Assembly: GCF_009914755.1 (NCBI RefSeq)
Contig: NC_060940.1
Length of the DNA: 64,000 bases
Direction: 5' to 3' (one strand)
DNA from: the human T2T-CHM13v2.0 reference genome, Homo sapiens
This document shows positions 27,598 through 44,208 of this stretch, piece after piece. The first letter of the stretch is position 1, and each line of letters begins with the position of its first letter. The notes under the pieces were generated by a model, which worked only from the letters and a program-made list of their open reading frames with translations, did no database searches and was not told the origin of the DNA. A program made the translations under genes and the position numbers.

Positions 27598-29138
27598 GAG
27601 CAGGAAAGGGAGAAGAGAGACATGAAAAACAGAGGGGAAATACAGAAACAACAATAAACATGCCAAACCCAAACACATCGATAACTGCATTAAATGACTG
27701 TGGACTAAAAGTTGAAGACTCTCAGAATGGATCAAACAAAAACAAGACCAACTATTCTCTACCTACAAGAGATGTACTTTCAATGTAAAGACGCAGACAG
27801 ATTCAAAGTAAATTAATGGAAAAAGATACAACACACAACCAGAAAATGTTAGAAGAATGGACCATCTTTATTAGCATCAGATAAAACAGACTTCAAGACA
27901 GTATTCCCGGAGGGGCATTTCATAATGAGAAAAGGGTCAATTCATCAGAAAGATATAATAACCATAAATGTGTATGAACTTAATAACAGAACCCCCAAAA
28001 ATACAGAATGGAACTAAAAGGAAAAATAGACAACTCCACAATCACAGTTTCTCTTCAACTTCCATCACAGATATTTCCCATTATTTATTATTAGTCTATA
28101 AACCAACTTTTTAAAATGTAATTAAGCTATTCTAAAGGAAATTTTATAGCTTACATAAATGGGGAGCCTCGTGTCACTTACATAAATAATCACCTTGAAC
28201 ATAAAGCAAACCATATCATTAAATCCTGGCCAGACACCATGGCATGACTACTATGTGAGTCTGTGTTCTTTAACTGGGGCTGTGTACCACCTAAAGCCAT
28301 CTCATTTACCTGAGGTGATATGCAGCCCCATATTCTGGGAAACACTTATGTAACCTAACTCTCTCACATGTCCAAAGGAGGACAGGACACTAACTGGTCT
28401 CCTGTAACCAAACAAGTTGCTGCCAGATCCCGGTGTTCTGATCCTTTGTTGAACGTTCCTTCCTCTGTTCTGTGAGTCTTTTATTAGCATTAAGAGTGGA
28501 ACCCAAGCCTCCTCTTTAAAGTTGGCGTTTGAAACCCAACAGAAAACTGCAAGCTCCAGGACCCTGAACCAACTGAGACTCAGAAGTGCTGGTGGCATTC
28601 AGCATCCAAGAACACTTAGAGCCAAGTTTGTGCTGTCTTTTTAACACGACTAATACCATCAGTGGAATTAATAGAAAAATGAAAGTCGGCACTCTAATTC
28701 CAGTAATGAAATCACAGGTGCACAGCTCCCACCTTTAGGAGCCTCACAAATGATGCATGTCCTCTGAAGCCATTCAGCTGGCGTCACTTGTAGATATATC
28801 CCTCCGAGGGAAGCCACTATCCATCCGGTGGCCAGCCTGACACCACATCGCGTGACAAATGACATCTGAGAACCAAGTCTTACCAGGCAAAGGCTGCCAC
28901 ATGAGTGGAATACAAAATAGTTTTCTGCATGTGTTCAGTTCACTGCTGTAAATAAGATTCACTGGAGACCTGAAACAGGAGGGCCCAAAATAATTTTGGT
29001 TCTGATTCCGACAACAAAGAAAGAGTTGACTCTCCGCCTTCTCTAACTGATCATAGTGATTAATCTCTCACCAGCCAGTTTATTACATAGTCCTGCTCAA
29101 TCTAAAGCTGGCATGCAAGACACCATTTTCAAAAATTA

Positions 29139-29470
<332 letters not shown>

Positions 29471-29699
29471 CATTGCATGCCATCTGCCAGATACTATGTT
29501 AAGCCCTTTATGTGTAGAAATGAAAGGAGAGTTCTGTGCGCACGCTAGGTGCTCTGTATACAGCGTACCACCCACTCCAAAGCTGAGAGTGGAAGGCAGA
29601 GCTCAAGCAATCATTAACCACAGCACACGTTCAGGCAGCTTTGCCACTAAATTTTAACCAGTACATACATAAAAGTGTCCCACTCTCCTCCTCATATCC

Positions 29700-29766
29700 C
29701 ATATGCACACGTGCACACCCATGTGTGCATGTACTCACATGTGCACACACACACATACACACACAC
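29700..29766 (+). repeat. Imperfect (CA)n / RY tract
   Basis: atatgcacacgtgcacac...cacacatacacacacac. Confidence 0.8.
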
Positions 29767-29969
29767 TTCAATTCGGTCGGCTTTTCCTTGGGGAGTAGAC
29801 TTTGGTGAGTAAATACCTCTCTTAGCTCAATCTCAGCTCCAAGCAAATTGAAAATCTCTACTAATTCACAAAAAAATAAAAATAAAAAAATAAAACTTTT
29901 TAATTAGGTCAACCCTGCAGCTTAACAACAAAGATGAAGAAAAAGATCTTGGGCAAGAACAAGACAGCT

Positions 29970-30445
29970 GTGGTTTGAGAAGAAGGCACTAGACTTGGAG
30001 TTAGAACTTGGATGCTGGCTGTGCCATATATTCACTGGATGATTTTGGACACATTCTTCACCTTTCTGAGCCTTTTCTTCCATGCAAAATGAGGCAGTTG
30101 GATGTTATACTTCTAAACATGACAATGCTACAGCATAACGAAAGCACCAACTGATAAAGAAAAAGCAATGGGTTGTCAGTTCCCAATGCAAGTTAGAGTT
30201 GTGTGTGATTTGGTCTAGAAAGCAAGGGCCACTCACTTTTCAAAGTATCCACGGAGAAGCTATGTGACTCAGGCAAATGCAGTTACAGGGACCTGGCTCA
30301 GCCTCTTCCTATCTGTGTGAACTTGGGCAAGTCTTTTCACCTTGCTTACCCTCAGTTTGCTCATTTCGAGAAAGGTGATAATTCCCAGCCTTGCTGGTTT
30401 ATTGTGATGATTAACATGAGTATGGAAGGTGGTTAGTACTTTGTC
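29970..30445 (+). mobile_element. Two MIR fragments (~29970-30110 and ~30290-30445)
   Basis: gcactagacttggagttagaac...; tgtgaacttgggcaagtc...cctcagtttgctcat. Confidence 0.6.
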
Positions 30446-30456
30446 TGCTCCTTAGT

Positions 30457-30573
30457 CCTTCTCCTCCTCCTCCCTATCCTCTTCCTCCTCTCATTCCTCT
30501 CCTTCCCCTTCCTCCTCTACTTCCTCCTCTTTCTCCTCCTCCCTTTCCTCCCCATCCTCCTCTTACTCCTCCT
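30457..30573 (+). repeat. (CCT)n-like polypyrimidine tract
   Basis: About 115 nt almost entirely C/T. Confidence 0.9.
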
Positions 30574-31309
30574 TAATGAAGCAAGATCTTCCCTCTGTAA
30601 GAACATTACATTTCTTCCACTCCATGACCTGGCTCAAGTTCACTATGAAAATGATCACTGCCAGTAGGAAAATTCCTCCAGAAGGATTTTTATCACATTT
30701 CCCTTTGAAGAGGAGCAAGGAATCAACAATTGGCATCCCTTGGAAGATGAAAGCAAGTTCCTCTGTATTTGGAACGGATGTTCCTCTGGAATCAGAGTAA
30801 TCTCTTAATGGACCCTGATGACATAACGTGGCACGGGCTTCTCGTCTGAAATGGCAGGTTACTCAGCAAGACAGAGGGAGAGAAGCAGATGGATGTGACA
30901 GTAAATTCTGCTATGTACCCACAGACACTTCTAAGACATTAAAAAGTAGTGCCCACATTTCCGACTCCCACAACGAAACCTGTGAAGAAATCCTGACGTT
31001 GATTTCAGGAGCATGTGGGATCTTGCCTCTCTTACAATGCGGGTCCCTCACTCTGGTTATGCCAAGCACAGCTTAAACTGACCCCTCTGGTTGTGAGAAA
31101 GTAAGCCAAGAGGAGACTAAGATTCTAACAGGTTTATTTTATCTACTCAAAAGGAACACTAGATCTGGAGTCTGGTGAAGAAGATTCAAGCTCTCATTCT
31201 GTGACTTACTAGCAATGACACAGAGGGTTGCCTCAGTTGCCCTATCTGTGAAATCTAAGGAACAAGGAAGACAGTGCCACATGGTTATTCTGAAGACGAG
31301 ATCAGCTCC

Positions 31310-31722
31310 TATCCCTTGGGCCACTCTCCATCTTTCTCATTTTGCTCTACAATAGACCTTGACAGTTTCCTGTCACCAGCTTTTTCCCTCCTCAGTGTCT
31401 TCGCACTGTCTGTTCCCTATACCTGGAATGCTTTTTCCTCCGCTGTTCCCATCATCAGGACCTCCTTTTTATCCTTCAGATTTCAGCTTAAACGTCTCAT
31501 GCTCTGAGAGGCCTTTTCTTGCTAGAGCAGGGTCTTTGTCCATCAGTCTTCATCACAGCTCTGCTTATTACCTCCCCCATAACACTGTCCAAAATCTGTA
31601 ATTAGTTTTTTCACCTGTGTATTGATGTCTCCCTATACTAGAATCTGGACATGAAAAGACTGTATCCTCATTCTCTAGTACAATGCCAGGCATTTAAGCA
31701 TTTAATATTCACAGAATGAATG
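31310..31722 (+). mobile_element. L2 3' region
   Basis: ctgttccct.t.cctggaatgct...atccttcagat.tcagcttaaa.gtc...ctgagaggcctt...gaatgaatga. Confidence 0.75.
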
Positions 31723-31783
31723 ACTGTACTAGAAAACGCTTGGAGGCTATACAGTCCTATATACATATAAGGGACTATGGGAC

Positions 31784-31864
31784 TATATATATATATATAT
31801 ATATGTATATGTATGTATTTATCTAGGACTTATATTCTGTGTGTGTGTGTGTGTGTGTGTGTGT
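31784..31864 (+). repeat. (TA)n and (TG)n microsatellites
   Basis: (TA)~10 from 31784; (TG)13 from 31838. Confidence 0.9.
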
Positions 31865-31965
31865 ATGAGATAAAAGTATATATACCCAAGATATTTATAT
31901 TATATTGAAAATGAAACTATAGACTCTGGTGATATTGGAAAATTCCCCTATATAACTAGGGAATA

Positions 31966-33021
<1,056 letters not shown>

Positions 33022-33369
33022 AAAAAAAAAGAGAGAGAGAGAGAGAATAGTTTCACCCTGTAAAGTCCTTAGAGGAGGAAAAAAAGCAGGCCTGGGCTAA
33101 AGGTGCTAAAGAACTACAAGACAGGAAATGCACAAATTACCATTAGAATAAAAACTGAAAATGCCATCCATGCTGTTTGTTGTTCACTTACTGACCAGGA
33201 GGATTCCTTCTATGATCTCAAGGCAGCACTGCCATGCTGCTCAGTGCCTCCAATCATGTCTCAAGGTAATTGGGCTGGTAGATGTTTACCTATCTGCAAA
33301 GCTTAGTTATGATCCCATTAGGTCATTTCCAGAAAGGTTCACATAAACTTGGGTCACTTTATATTCTTT

Positions 33370-34965
33370 TTAAACTTGTCATCATGGGAAATGTCAAACA
33401 TAGAAAACAGAAAAAATAGTATAACAAACCCCCATGTATCCTCCACTCAATTTTAACTATTTTCAATTCGTGACTGATCTTGTTTTGTCCATATTCTTAC
33501 CAATGTTCTCCTTCCAATGCATTATTTTGAAGTGAACTCCAGATATGATATCATTCATCTGTAAATATTTCAGTATACATCTCTAAAAGTCAAGGACTCC
33601 TTTTTACAAATATCATCACAATACCATCATCACACTCAAAATTTACCTTAATCCTTAATATTATCAAGTGTCTGGTCTGTGTTCATATTTCGCTGATTGT
33701 TCTATATACTTTTAGAAAAATCGTATTCTTTTGACTTAGAATACACACAAGGTCTATATGATTAATATGGTATTTATTTATGTATTTATTTTTGAGACAG
33801 TCTTGCTCTTTTGCCCAGGCTGGAGTGCAGGGGTGTGATCTCTGCTCACTGCAACCTCTGACTCCTGTGCTCAAATGATTCTCCTACCTCAGCCTCCTCA
33901 GTAGCTGGGATTACAGACATGTGCCACCATGCCTAGCTAATTTTTGTATTTTTAGTAGAGACGGGGGTTTCGCCATGTTGTCCAGGCGGGTCTGGAACTC
34001 CTGGCCTCAAGTGATCTGCCCACCTCAGCCTCCCAAAGTGCTGGGATTACAGGTGTGAGCCCCGCAGCCAGTGTAATTAATATGACTCTTGAGACTCTTT
34101 TTATTTCATTGCATTTTTGGTTTCAAAAACTGGGTCTTTTGTTGCAGTTTCCAATAGTCTGGATTTTGCTGATGACATGCCCATGATGTCATCTAACAGG
34201 CTTATGCCCCCTCCCATATTTGCTGGCAGTTCAGGCCAGAGGTAGATGCAGATCTCACTTATTTTGCCAGGAATACTTCATAAGTGATGTGTGTACTTTC
34301 TTTAAAAAATAAATTTTCTGGTTGTCTTTTGTAACATTAGCAGGCATTGACAATAATTGCCTGGATCCATTAGTTCATTAACGTTTGCAATGTAGGGATA
34401 TTCCAATTCTACTATTCCTTCTTCATTTATTACCCGGAACTATGCCAAAAAGAGAAATCTTCCTTTGTCAGCTATTTGGCCTGAGGAAGAACTGATACAG
34501 GAAGGGCAGAATACAGTAAACGCATGCTTCTTCCCCCATGTATGTTTTCAGAACAATGAATTGGTTCCCTAGCATCCTCCAAGGGTTACCAATTAGTTAT
34601 CTTTTAAAATATCTTATTATTACAAACTCACGGATTTTATGTATTTCAATGCCCTGCAATTAGTATCTTCATTGATGCCCAAGCTGTTCCATCTTTGGCC
34701 AGTTGATTTCAGATTGGCTTCTGAGTCCCTTTGACCTGTAGTCTTTGGTAACTGCTTTGCTCATTGCAGTGACAAGACACTCTAGGAAGGTTTATCTTGT
34801 TCATTTCCACCCTACACCTTGAATCACCCACTTTCCCAGTGGTCTCCCTCAGTGGAAAATAATTTAAAAACCAAACTCTAAGTGGAGGAGTACTTAGTTT
34901 TACTAGGTTGGTTACTGTTCTAGGATATATGTATTTTAAGTAAAAATACATCATAAGTTCATACT
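33370..34965 (-). mobile_element. L1MC4/5-like 3' region
   Basis: tataacaaacccccatgta...attattttgaag..aa.tccaga...ctgtaaatatttcagtat.catctctaaaag..aaggactc. Confidence 0.7.
33771..34072 (-). mobile_element. Alu (Jb/Sz-like)
   Basis: Antisense dimer; TSD attaatatg on both sides. Confidence 0.93.
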
Positions 34966-34970
34966 GATAC

Positions 34971-36582
<1,612 letters not shown>

Positions 36583-37358
36583 TCTGCTGTAGCTGTTGTC
36601 CTCAGAATGGTCTGCCTCATTTTCCAGTAGTACCTGATGATGATCTTGAACTTCCCAAACTCTCAGAGGCATCACGAGTAACTTGGTCTTGTCTTTACTT
36701 TCTCACACGCAGTTTCTAACACCACATGGGATTTATAGTTGTGATTTTTATCTACATGCTCATTTTAGAATTCATGGGGGCATCCTGTCTCATAATTTTT
36801 TGTAGCTATTATCCATTAGTTTTTGTTTTTTTATTACTTTTGTTAGTTTGTCTGTTTTTTGAGGAGTGGGTTCAAAGATATCAAAAACTCTGCTGCTATC
36901 TTCCAGATTTCCCTAATAAACGTATCTGCGATATGACACTCCTTCAGCTACAAACACACACATACCAGTATGTTCTCCTTCTCTCACAGACACACTCACA
37001 TGTGGACACACACTCATGCATGCATGCGCGCACACACACACACACCGAGTAACTTGATTCTCCATGAGACTCTGCCAGAAACTAAACTATTGACAAAAGT
37101 TTCCTGATGTGCCCAACTCTCTAGGTGTGCTTCTCAGTTACGTTGGGCCCAAACCTAAAGATGTTAACTTCCTTGTCATCAGTAAGAACAAACCTAATGA
37201 TGTTATTACAACATCCAGATATGGGGCCAATTATTTATATGTTCATTTTATATGATCCCGCATTTAGAATAGAATGAAATTTTAATTTATTATTTTGGTT
37301 TTTACCTGCCTTTATCATTAGGAAGTGATGTTTATTAGTCAGTGAATTAAGAGGAAAA

Positions 37359-37989
37359 TATCAAGGAGACATCTGCACTCCCATATTTGTTGCAGCACTA
37401 CTCACAATAGCCAAGATTTGGAATCAACCTAAATGTCAACAGACAAATGGATAAAGAAAATGTGGTACATATACACAATGGAGTACTGTACAGCCATGAA
37501 AAAGAATGAGATCCTGTCATTTGCAACAATATGGATGGAACTGGAGGTTAGTATGTTAAATGAAATAAGCCAGGCACAGAAAGCCAAGCTTCATATTCCC
37601 ACTTATTTGTGAGAGCTAAAAAAAAAAAAATTAAAACAATTGAACTCATGGAGGTAGAGAGTAGAGTGATGGTTACCAGAGGCTAGGAAGGGTAGTTGGG
37701 GGATGGTATGAGGTAGTGATGGTTAATGAGTACAAAAATATAGTTAGATAGAGTAAGATCTAATATTTAATAGCACAACAGGGTGACTACAGTCAACAAT
37801 TTATTGTACATTAAAGAGTAACAGAGTATAATTGGATTGTAACACAAAGAAAGGGTAAATGCTTGAGGTGATGGATACCCCATCTACTCTGATGTGACTA
37901 TCATGCATTGTATGCTTGTATCGAAGTATCTCATGTACCCCAGAAATACATATGCCTACTTTATACTCACAAAAATTAGAAATAAAAAA
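37359..37989 (+). mobile_element. L1MA2/3-like 3' end
   Basis: atagcacaacagggtgactacagtcaacaat...gcttgaggtgatggatacccc...tctcatgtacccca. Confidence 0.88.
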
Positions 37990-38470
37990 CATTTTTAACT
38001 GATATTTTATAATTATATAAATTCATAGGTACAATATGATGTTTTTATATACATATACAATGGAATGATCACACAACTTTAAAGGAAAAGACAATTACCC
38101 AACCTCCTTTGGAAACAGAAATCAACAGCATTGTTCCTTCTGGCTGGGTACCGAGATAAGAATGGAAATCTGTAGAAAATCCTACAACCAAGGAAAAGAA
38201 ATATGCTACTACCAAGAAAAAGTGCTTATGGAGAAGTTGTCATAACATGATGAACTGAAATTATGACGTTAGGTGAATAATAAAAGTGAAAACAAAATGT
38301 ATATACAAGCCAATCGTAAAAATATTTGTAAAATAATAAGATTGAAAAACTTCACCAAAGAGTTACAGTTGTGGTGAAATTACAAGTGATCTTTGTCGAT
38401 TTTATTTTATAGTGTATTTCTGTTTTAACAATGTACAATAACCAAAAGGCTCTTTTAAAGAAATAAAATG

Positions 38471-38790
<320 letters not shown>

Positions 38791-38889
38791 TCAGTATTTT
38801 ATCTTTCAAGATCTAGATATCACCTTTTCCTTCTTCCATAAATACTACAACCTCACATAGGTATTTTCTGTCCTCCAATTGTGTAGAGT

Positions 38890-39075
38890 GCTAGTAATTC
38901 AATAACTTAGCATCAAAATCACCCTAATGAGCTTTTCAGTGTGCATATACCCGAGTTTCCTTCCAGCACCACTGAATCAGAATCTCTGGATATGGTACCC
39001 AGGAATCTATATTCTGAACCAGCATACTTGGCATCATTGATGCAGGAGGTCCATAGACTCCAGTAAGAGACATTG
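38890..39075. mobile_element. MER5-family MITE
   Basis: catcaaaatcacc...actgaatcagaatctctgg...cccaggaatctatatt. Confidence 0.55.
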
Positions 39076-40255
39076 TATTAGGGACTCCACTTTTCACTGA
39101 GCACATAATTTGATACTTACTGGTATGGCTGTTTGTTATTGCAGAGCATGTCTGGTCCCTGCAACCAGATTACTAATTATGAAAAAACAGAATCTAACCC
39201 TAACCCTAACATGGCCCAGACCTCGCTAAATGATTTTAGGCATTAGGCCAATACAGATGGCCTAAAGACTTTTTATATTTCTTCCTTTTATAAAACATTA
39301 ATTTTGTAGGTGCATATGAAAGCCAACTCACTCCCATTTATAACTCAGAAACTATGGAAGCAAAAAAAATGCAGCTAGAATAATGTTGTTTTCTTTGTAT
39401 ACTGTTAGGCACAGGAATGGAATTCCACCTATTCACTAAGAATAGTAGCTACCTGATAACATCCAGTTATCCAAATGCAGTAAAATAAATGAGGGCATAA
39501 GAAAGCAAACAAATACGCCAAAACATATTTCAAGAGTAGCATACAAAAAATATCTAGTCAGCTCTCCCTTAAGCTAAGGAAATTAAACCAATGACCCCAA
39601 TAGAAGAAAATTATTAGACATTCAAATTCTGTATATTTGGCTTAAATAAAAGCAAAGAAAGATGGAGAAGGTCTCATTCATGTGAGATCTGTTTACTCTG
39701 CACAGCCTATGTCAGAGGTAATGGTCTTAAATAGTTTTAGGAGGATCTAGGTTGAACTCAGATCTGAACCAGGTAGAAACACCCATTCTAAATGGAGAAA
39801 ATTCCCAAGCATGGAGTCAATTTAATACATTTCGAGAGTTTACTCTACAAAAGCCAACATCTTTCCAGACTTGGGGCAGGAGGTTCTCTCTACCCAGGAG
39901 ATAAATCCAAAGACTGTACAGCTAATACTTGGACGTGTCTAGCATCATGCTCAGTGGTTTACCTGAATCATCTCTAATTCTCACAGCAACCATTTTGCAG
40001 ACAAGAAATCTGCAGCTTGTAAAAAATAAGCCCAAGATGCAAACCCTGGTTTTTCTGCCTCCAAAGCCCATATGGCTTCCACAACACCAACCTACCACTT
40101 AGACGCAATAGAAGAATACCAGATCTCAAGAGAAGTAGGAGCCTGCATCACTACAGTTGATGTCAGGGGCAGGAATCAAGAGTGAAGAAAAGGAGATGTC
40201 AAGATGTCTGGGGAGTGTGTCTCTCCTGAACACTGAAGGAAAGAGATCCATAGGG

Positions 40256-40292
40256 GTGTGTGTGTGTGTGCGTGTGTGTGTGTGTGTGTGTG
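40256..40292 (+). repeat. (TG)n microsatellite
   Basis: gtgtg... with one cg interruption. Confidence 0.9.
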
Positions 40293-41064
40293 ACACAGAA
40301 AGAGGTCTTACAAACACACATTTTTAAATTTTTAATACATAAAAACAGTGGACAAATTATACCACTCAATTTTCTACAATTTGAACACATCCATACAACC
40401 ATTTTCCAAAATCAAGCTTCAAGATACAGAACACCAGAAACCTTCCTCCAGCTCCCCCAAGTCTATATCAAATCCCCACCATGGTTGTCCAGCCATCTCT
40501 CTCCTTCTCTGTGTGTACCAATTAATCTCTCTCTCTCTCTCTCTAACACAAACACACATTTTTAGCAAAGACAATGAATATTCAAAGAGCATCTTCCATA
40601 TGCCAGGCTGAGTGATAGGTGCCTTAAACAATATCATCTTCACAACAACCCTCTCAAGAAGCCATTATTATCTCCATTATGAGGAACAGGGAATTTAAAT
40701 AACTTCCCCAGGTTGAGATGGTTAGAACCAAGCCAAGATATGATTAATCTCAAATAAGACTAACTATCGGCCCAGGTTCTTTCCACAATACTGCAGGTCC
40801 CTCCATGCTCCCACTTTTGATGGAATGTAGCCCAAGATCCCCCAGAACAGAACCATGATAACCAGACAGGAGGAGGGTCCTACAACTAACTCTCATTTTC
40901 CCTTCAAGCCAATATTGAAGACTTGATATCTTGGTCCATTATTCTGTCCAAATAAGGAAAGGAAACAATGTTGAATCTTGATACGTGACCTGATAAGACT
41001 TTGGTGCTCTCTGAACATCCATCTTCTTTGCCTCAAAATAAAAAATATAGGGTTGATGAATGGG

Positions 41065-42515
41065 CAAGGCAATCCTAAGCAAAAAGAATAAAGCCAAAGC
41101 CATCACATTACCTAACTTCAAACTATACTACAATGCTACAGTAACCCAAACAGCATGGTACTGGTAAAAGACACATAGACCAATGAAACAGAATACAGAC
41201 CCCCTAAAATAAAGCTGCACACCTACAACCAACTGATCTTTGACAAAGTCAACAAAAATAAGCAATGAGGAAAGAACCCCCATCCAATAAATGGTGCTGG
41301 GAAAACTGGCTATCCATATGCAAAAGGCTAAATCTGGACCCCTATCTTTTACTATATACAAAAATTAACCCAAGATGGATTAAAGACTTAAATGTAAGAC
41401 CTCAAACTATAAAAAAATCCTAGAAGAAACCTAGGAAATACTGTTCTGGACATTAGCCTAGGCAAATAATTTATGACTAAGTCCTCAAAAGCAAATGCAA
41501 CAAAAAAAAATTGACAATCGGAATCTAGTTAAACTAAAGGTCTTCTGCACTGCAAAAGAAACTATCAATACACTAAATAGACAACCTACAGAATGGGGGA
41601 AAATATTTGCAAACTAGGTATCCAACAAAGGGCTAATATTCAGAAGCTATAAGGAACTTAAATCAAGAAAAAAAACAAATAACTCCATTAAAATCAGGCA
41701 AAGGACATGAGCAGACACTTCTCAAAAGAAGACATACATACAGTGGTCAGCAAACATGAAAAAATGCTCAGCATCATTAATCATAAGAGAAAAGCAAATC
41801 AAAACTACAGTGAGATACCATCTCACTCCAGTCAGAATGGCTATTATTAAAGAATCAGAAATAACAAATGTTGGCAAGGTTGCAGAGAAAAGGGATATTT
41901 ATACACTGCTGGTGGGAATATAAATTAGTTCAGCCCCAGTGGAAAGTAGTTTGGAGATTTCTCAAAGAACTAAAAATAGAATTACCATTCTACCCAGCAA
42001 TCCCATCACTGGGTATATGCCCAAAGGAAAATAAATGGTTCCACCAAAAATCCCCTGCACTCATATGTTTATCACAGCACTATTTACAATAGCAAAGACA
42101 TAGCATCAACCCACATGCCCATCAACAATGGAATGGATAAAGAAAATGTGATATATATACACTATGGAATGCTACACAGCCATAAAAAAGAGTGAAATCA
42201 TGTCCTTTCCAGCAGTATGGATGCAGCTGAAGGCCATTATCCTGAGTGGGTTAACAAGGGAACAGAAATCCAAGTAACACATGTTCTCACTAATAAGTAG
42301 GAACTAAAATTGGGTGCTCATGGACATAAAGATGGGAACAATAGACATTGGGGATCCCAAAAGGGAGGAGGGAGGGAGGGGGTCAAGGGTTGAAAAACTA
42401 CCTATCAGGTAGTGCATTCACTACACTACTTGGGCAACAGGAACATTAGAGGCTCAAACTTCAGCATTACATAATATGTCTATGTAACAAACCTGCACAC
42501 GCACCCCCTGAATCT
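41065..42515 (+). mobile_element. L1PB4/L1PA17-like 3' fragment, 1.45 kb
   Basis: Degenerate ORF2 end; 3'UTR gggttgaaaaactacctatc...aacctgcacacgcaccccctgaatct; TSD ggttgatg at 41051 and 42578. Confidence 0.9.
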
Positions 42516-42536
42516 CTCTCTCTACACGCGCGCGCG

Positions 42537-42578
<42 letters not shown>
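42513..42578 (+). repeat. Compound microsatellite (TC)5-TACA-(CG)9-(CA)16
   Basis: Read directly from the sequence. Confidence 0.97.
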
Positions 42579-42579
<1 letters not shown>

Positions 42580-42762
42580 TTGATGGAAAATGAATGCTGC
42601 CTCTAGATACTGACTCAACAGTCTCAACTATGTTCTTACATTGGCATTTTTTTTTTCACCTGTCTCCTTCTCAAAAGGTCAAGAGCAGGAGAAATTTCGC
42701 CTAACAGAGTTTGTAAGGTAGGTTTTGGATAATACTATTTTCTTATTTTAAGAAATAACTTG

Positions 42763-43148
<386 letters not shown>

Positions 43149-43387
43149 CTACACTCAGCACATTATAGGAGTTATCAGATTTAATGCTTCCAACGACTTA
43201 ATATCAGGTAGTATTATTAACTCCATTTGCAAAGAAGGGATCCAAGTCCTAGATAGAGGAAATGGCATCCCCAAGGTGGAGAACCAGTTCAATCTTGGTC
43301 CTCTGGCTCCAGGGTTCAGCTCTGAATTAGTAAGTGGTCCTACAGGTAAAATAAATGATATGATTTCAAGTTGCAATCATGGTTCTT

Positions 43388-44208
43388 TTAAAAATAGATT
43401 TAAGGGATACAACTGCATTTTTGTTATATGGATATATTGTGTAGTGGTGAAGTCTTGGCTTTTAGTGTAGCTGTCACTCAAAAGTGTCTATTGTACCCAT
43501 TAAATAACTTCTCATTCTTCACCTCCTCCCATTCCCCTCACCTTCGAGTCTCCAGTGTCTATTATGCCACCCTCTGTGTCCATGTGTATACATTATTTAG
43601 CTCCCACTTATAAGTGAGAACATGTCACATTTGACTGTTTTGGAGTTGCTGCACTTAAGGGCCTCAACACATATACACCATGGAATACTATGCAGCCATA
43701 AAAAAGAACAAGTTCATGTCCTTCGCAGAGACATGGATGAAGCTGGAAACCATCATTCTCAGCAAACTAACATAGGAACATAAAGCCAAACACCACATGT
43801 TCTTACTCATAAGTGGGAGTTGAACAATGAGAATACATGGACACAGTGAGGGGAAGATCACACACCAGGGCCTGTCAGGGGGTAGTGGGCAAGGGGAGGG
43901 ATAGCATTAGGACAAATGCCTAATGCATGCGGGGCTTAAAACCTAGATGATGGGTTGATGGGTGCAGCAAACCACCATGGCACATGTATACCTATGTAAC
44001 AAACCTGCACGTTCTGCACATGTATCCCAGAACTTAAAGTATAATAATTAAAAACAAAAAAGATAAGGACGTCAAGTTCCCTCCATGTTGCTTCGAAAGA
44101 CATGATGTAATTACCTTTTATGGCTCAGTAGTATTCCATGGTATGTTTATATCATTTTCTTTATCCAATGATCCGTTCATGGACACTTGAAAAGATAGGG
44201 AATCAATC
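43388..44208 (-). mobile_element. L1MA/PB-class 3' end split by L1PA8
   Basis: atggatatattgtgtagtggtgaagtct.ggcttttagtgta; 21-bp TSD caagttgcaatc(a/c)tggttctt at 43367 and 44209. Confidence 0.85.
43668..44062 (+). mobile_element. L1PA8-like 3' end
   Basis: cctaatgcatgcggggcttaaaacctagatg; TSD taagggcctcaa / taaggacgtcaa. Confidence 0.9.

Larger units (their letters stand above)
23730..28050 (+). mobile_element. Ancient L1M (L1ME/MD-class) 5'UTR-ORF1-ORF2 start, fragmented by four insertions
   Basis: A-rich ORF1-like sequence (gagcttgaagatagatcaatagaaat, ccagaagacagtggaata, aagaaatgctaaaggaagtt) and an endonuclease-like start (acctacaagaga, cagacttcaag). Confidence 0.75.
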
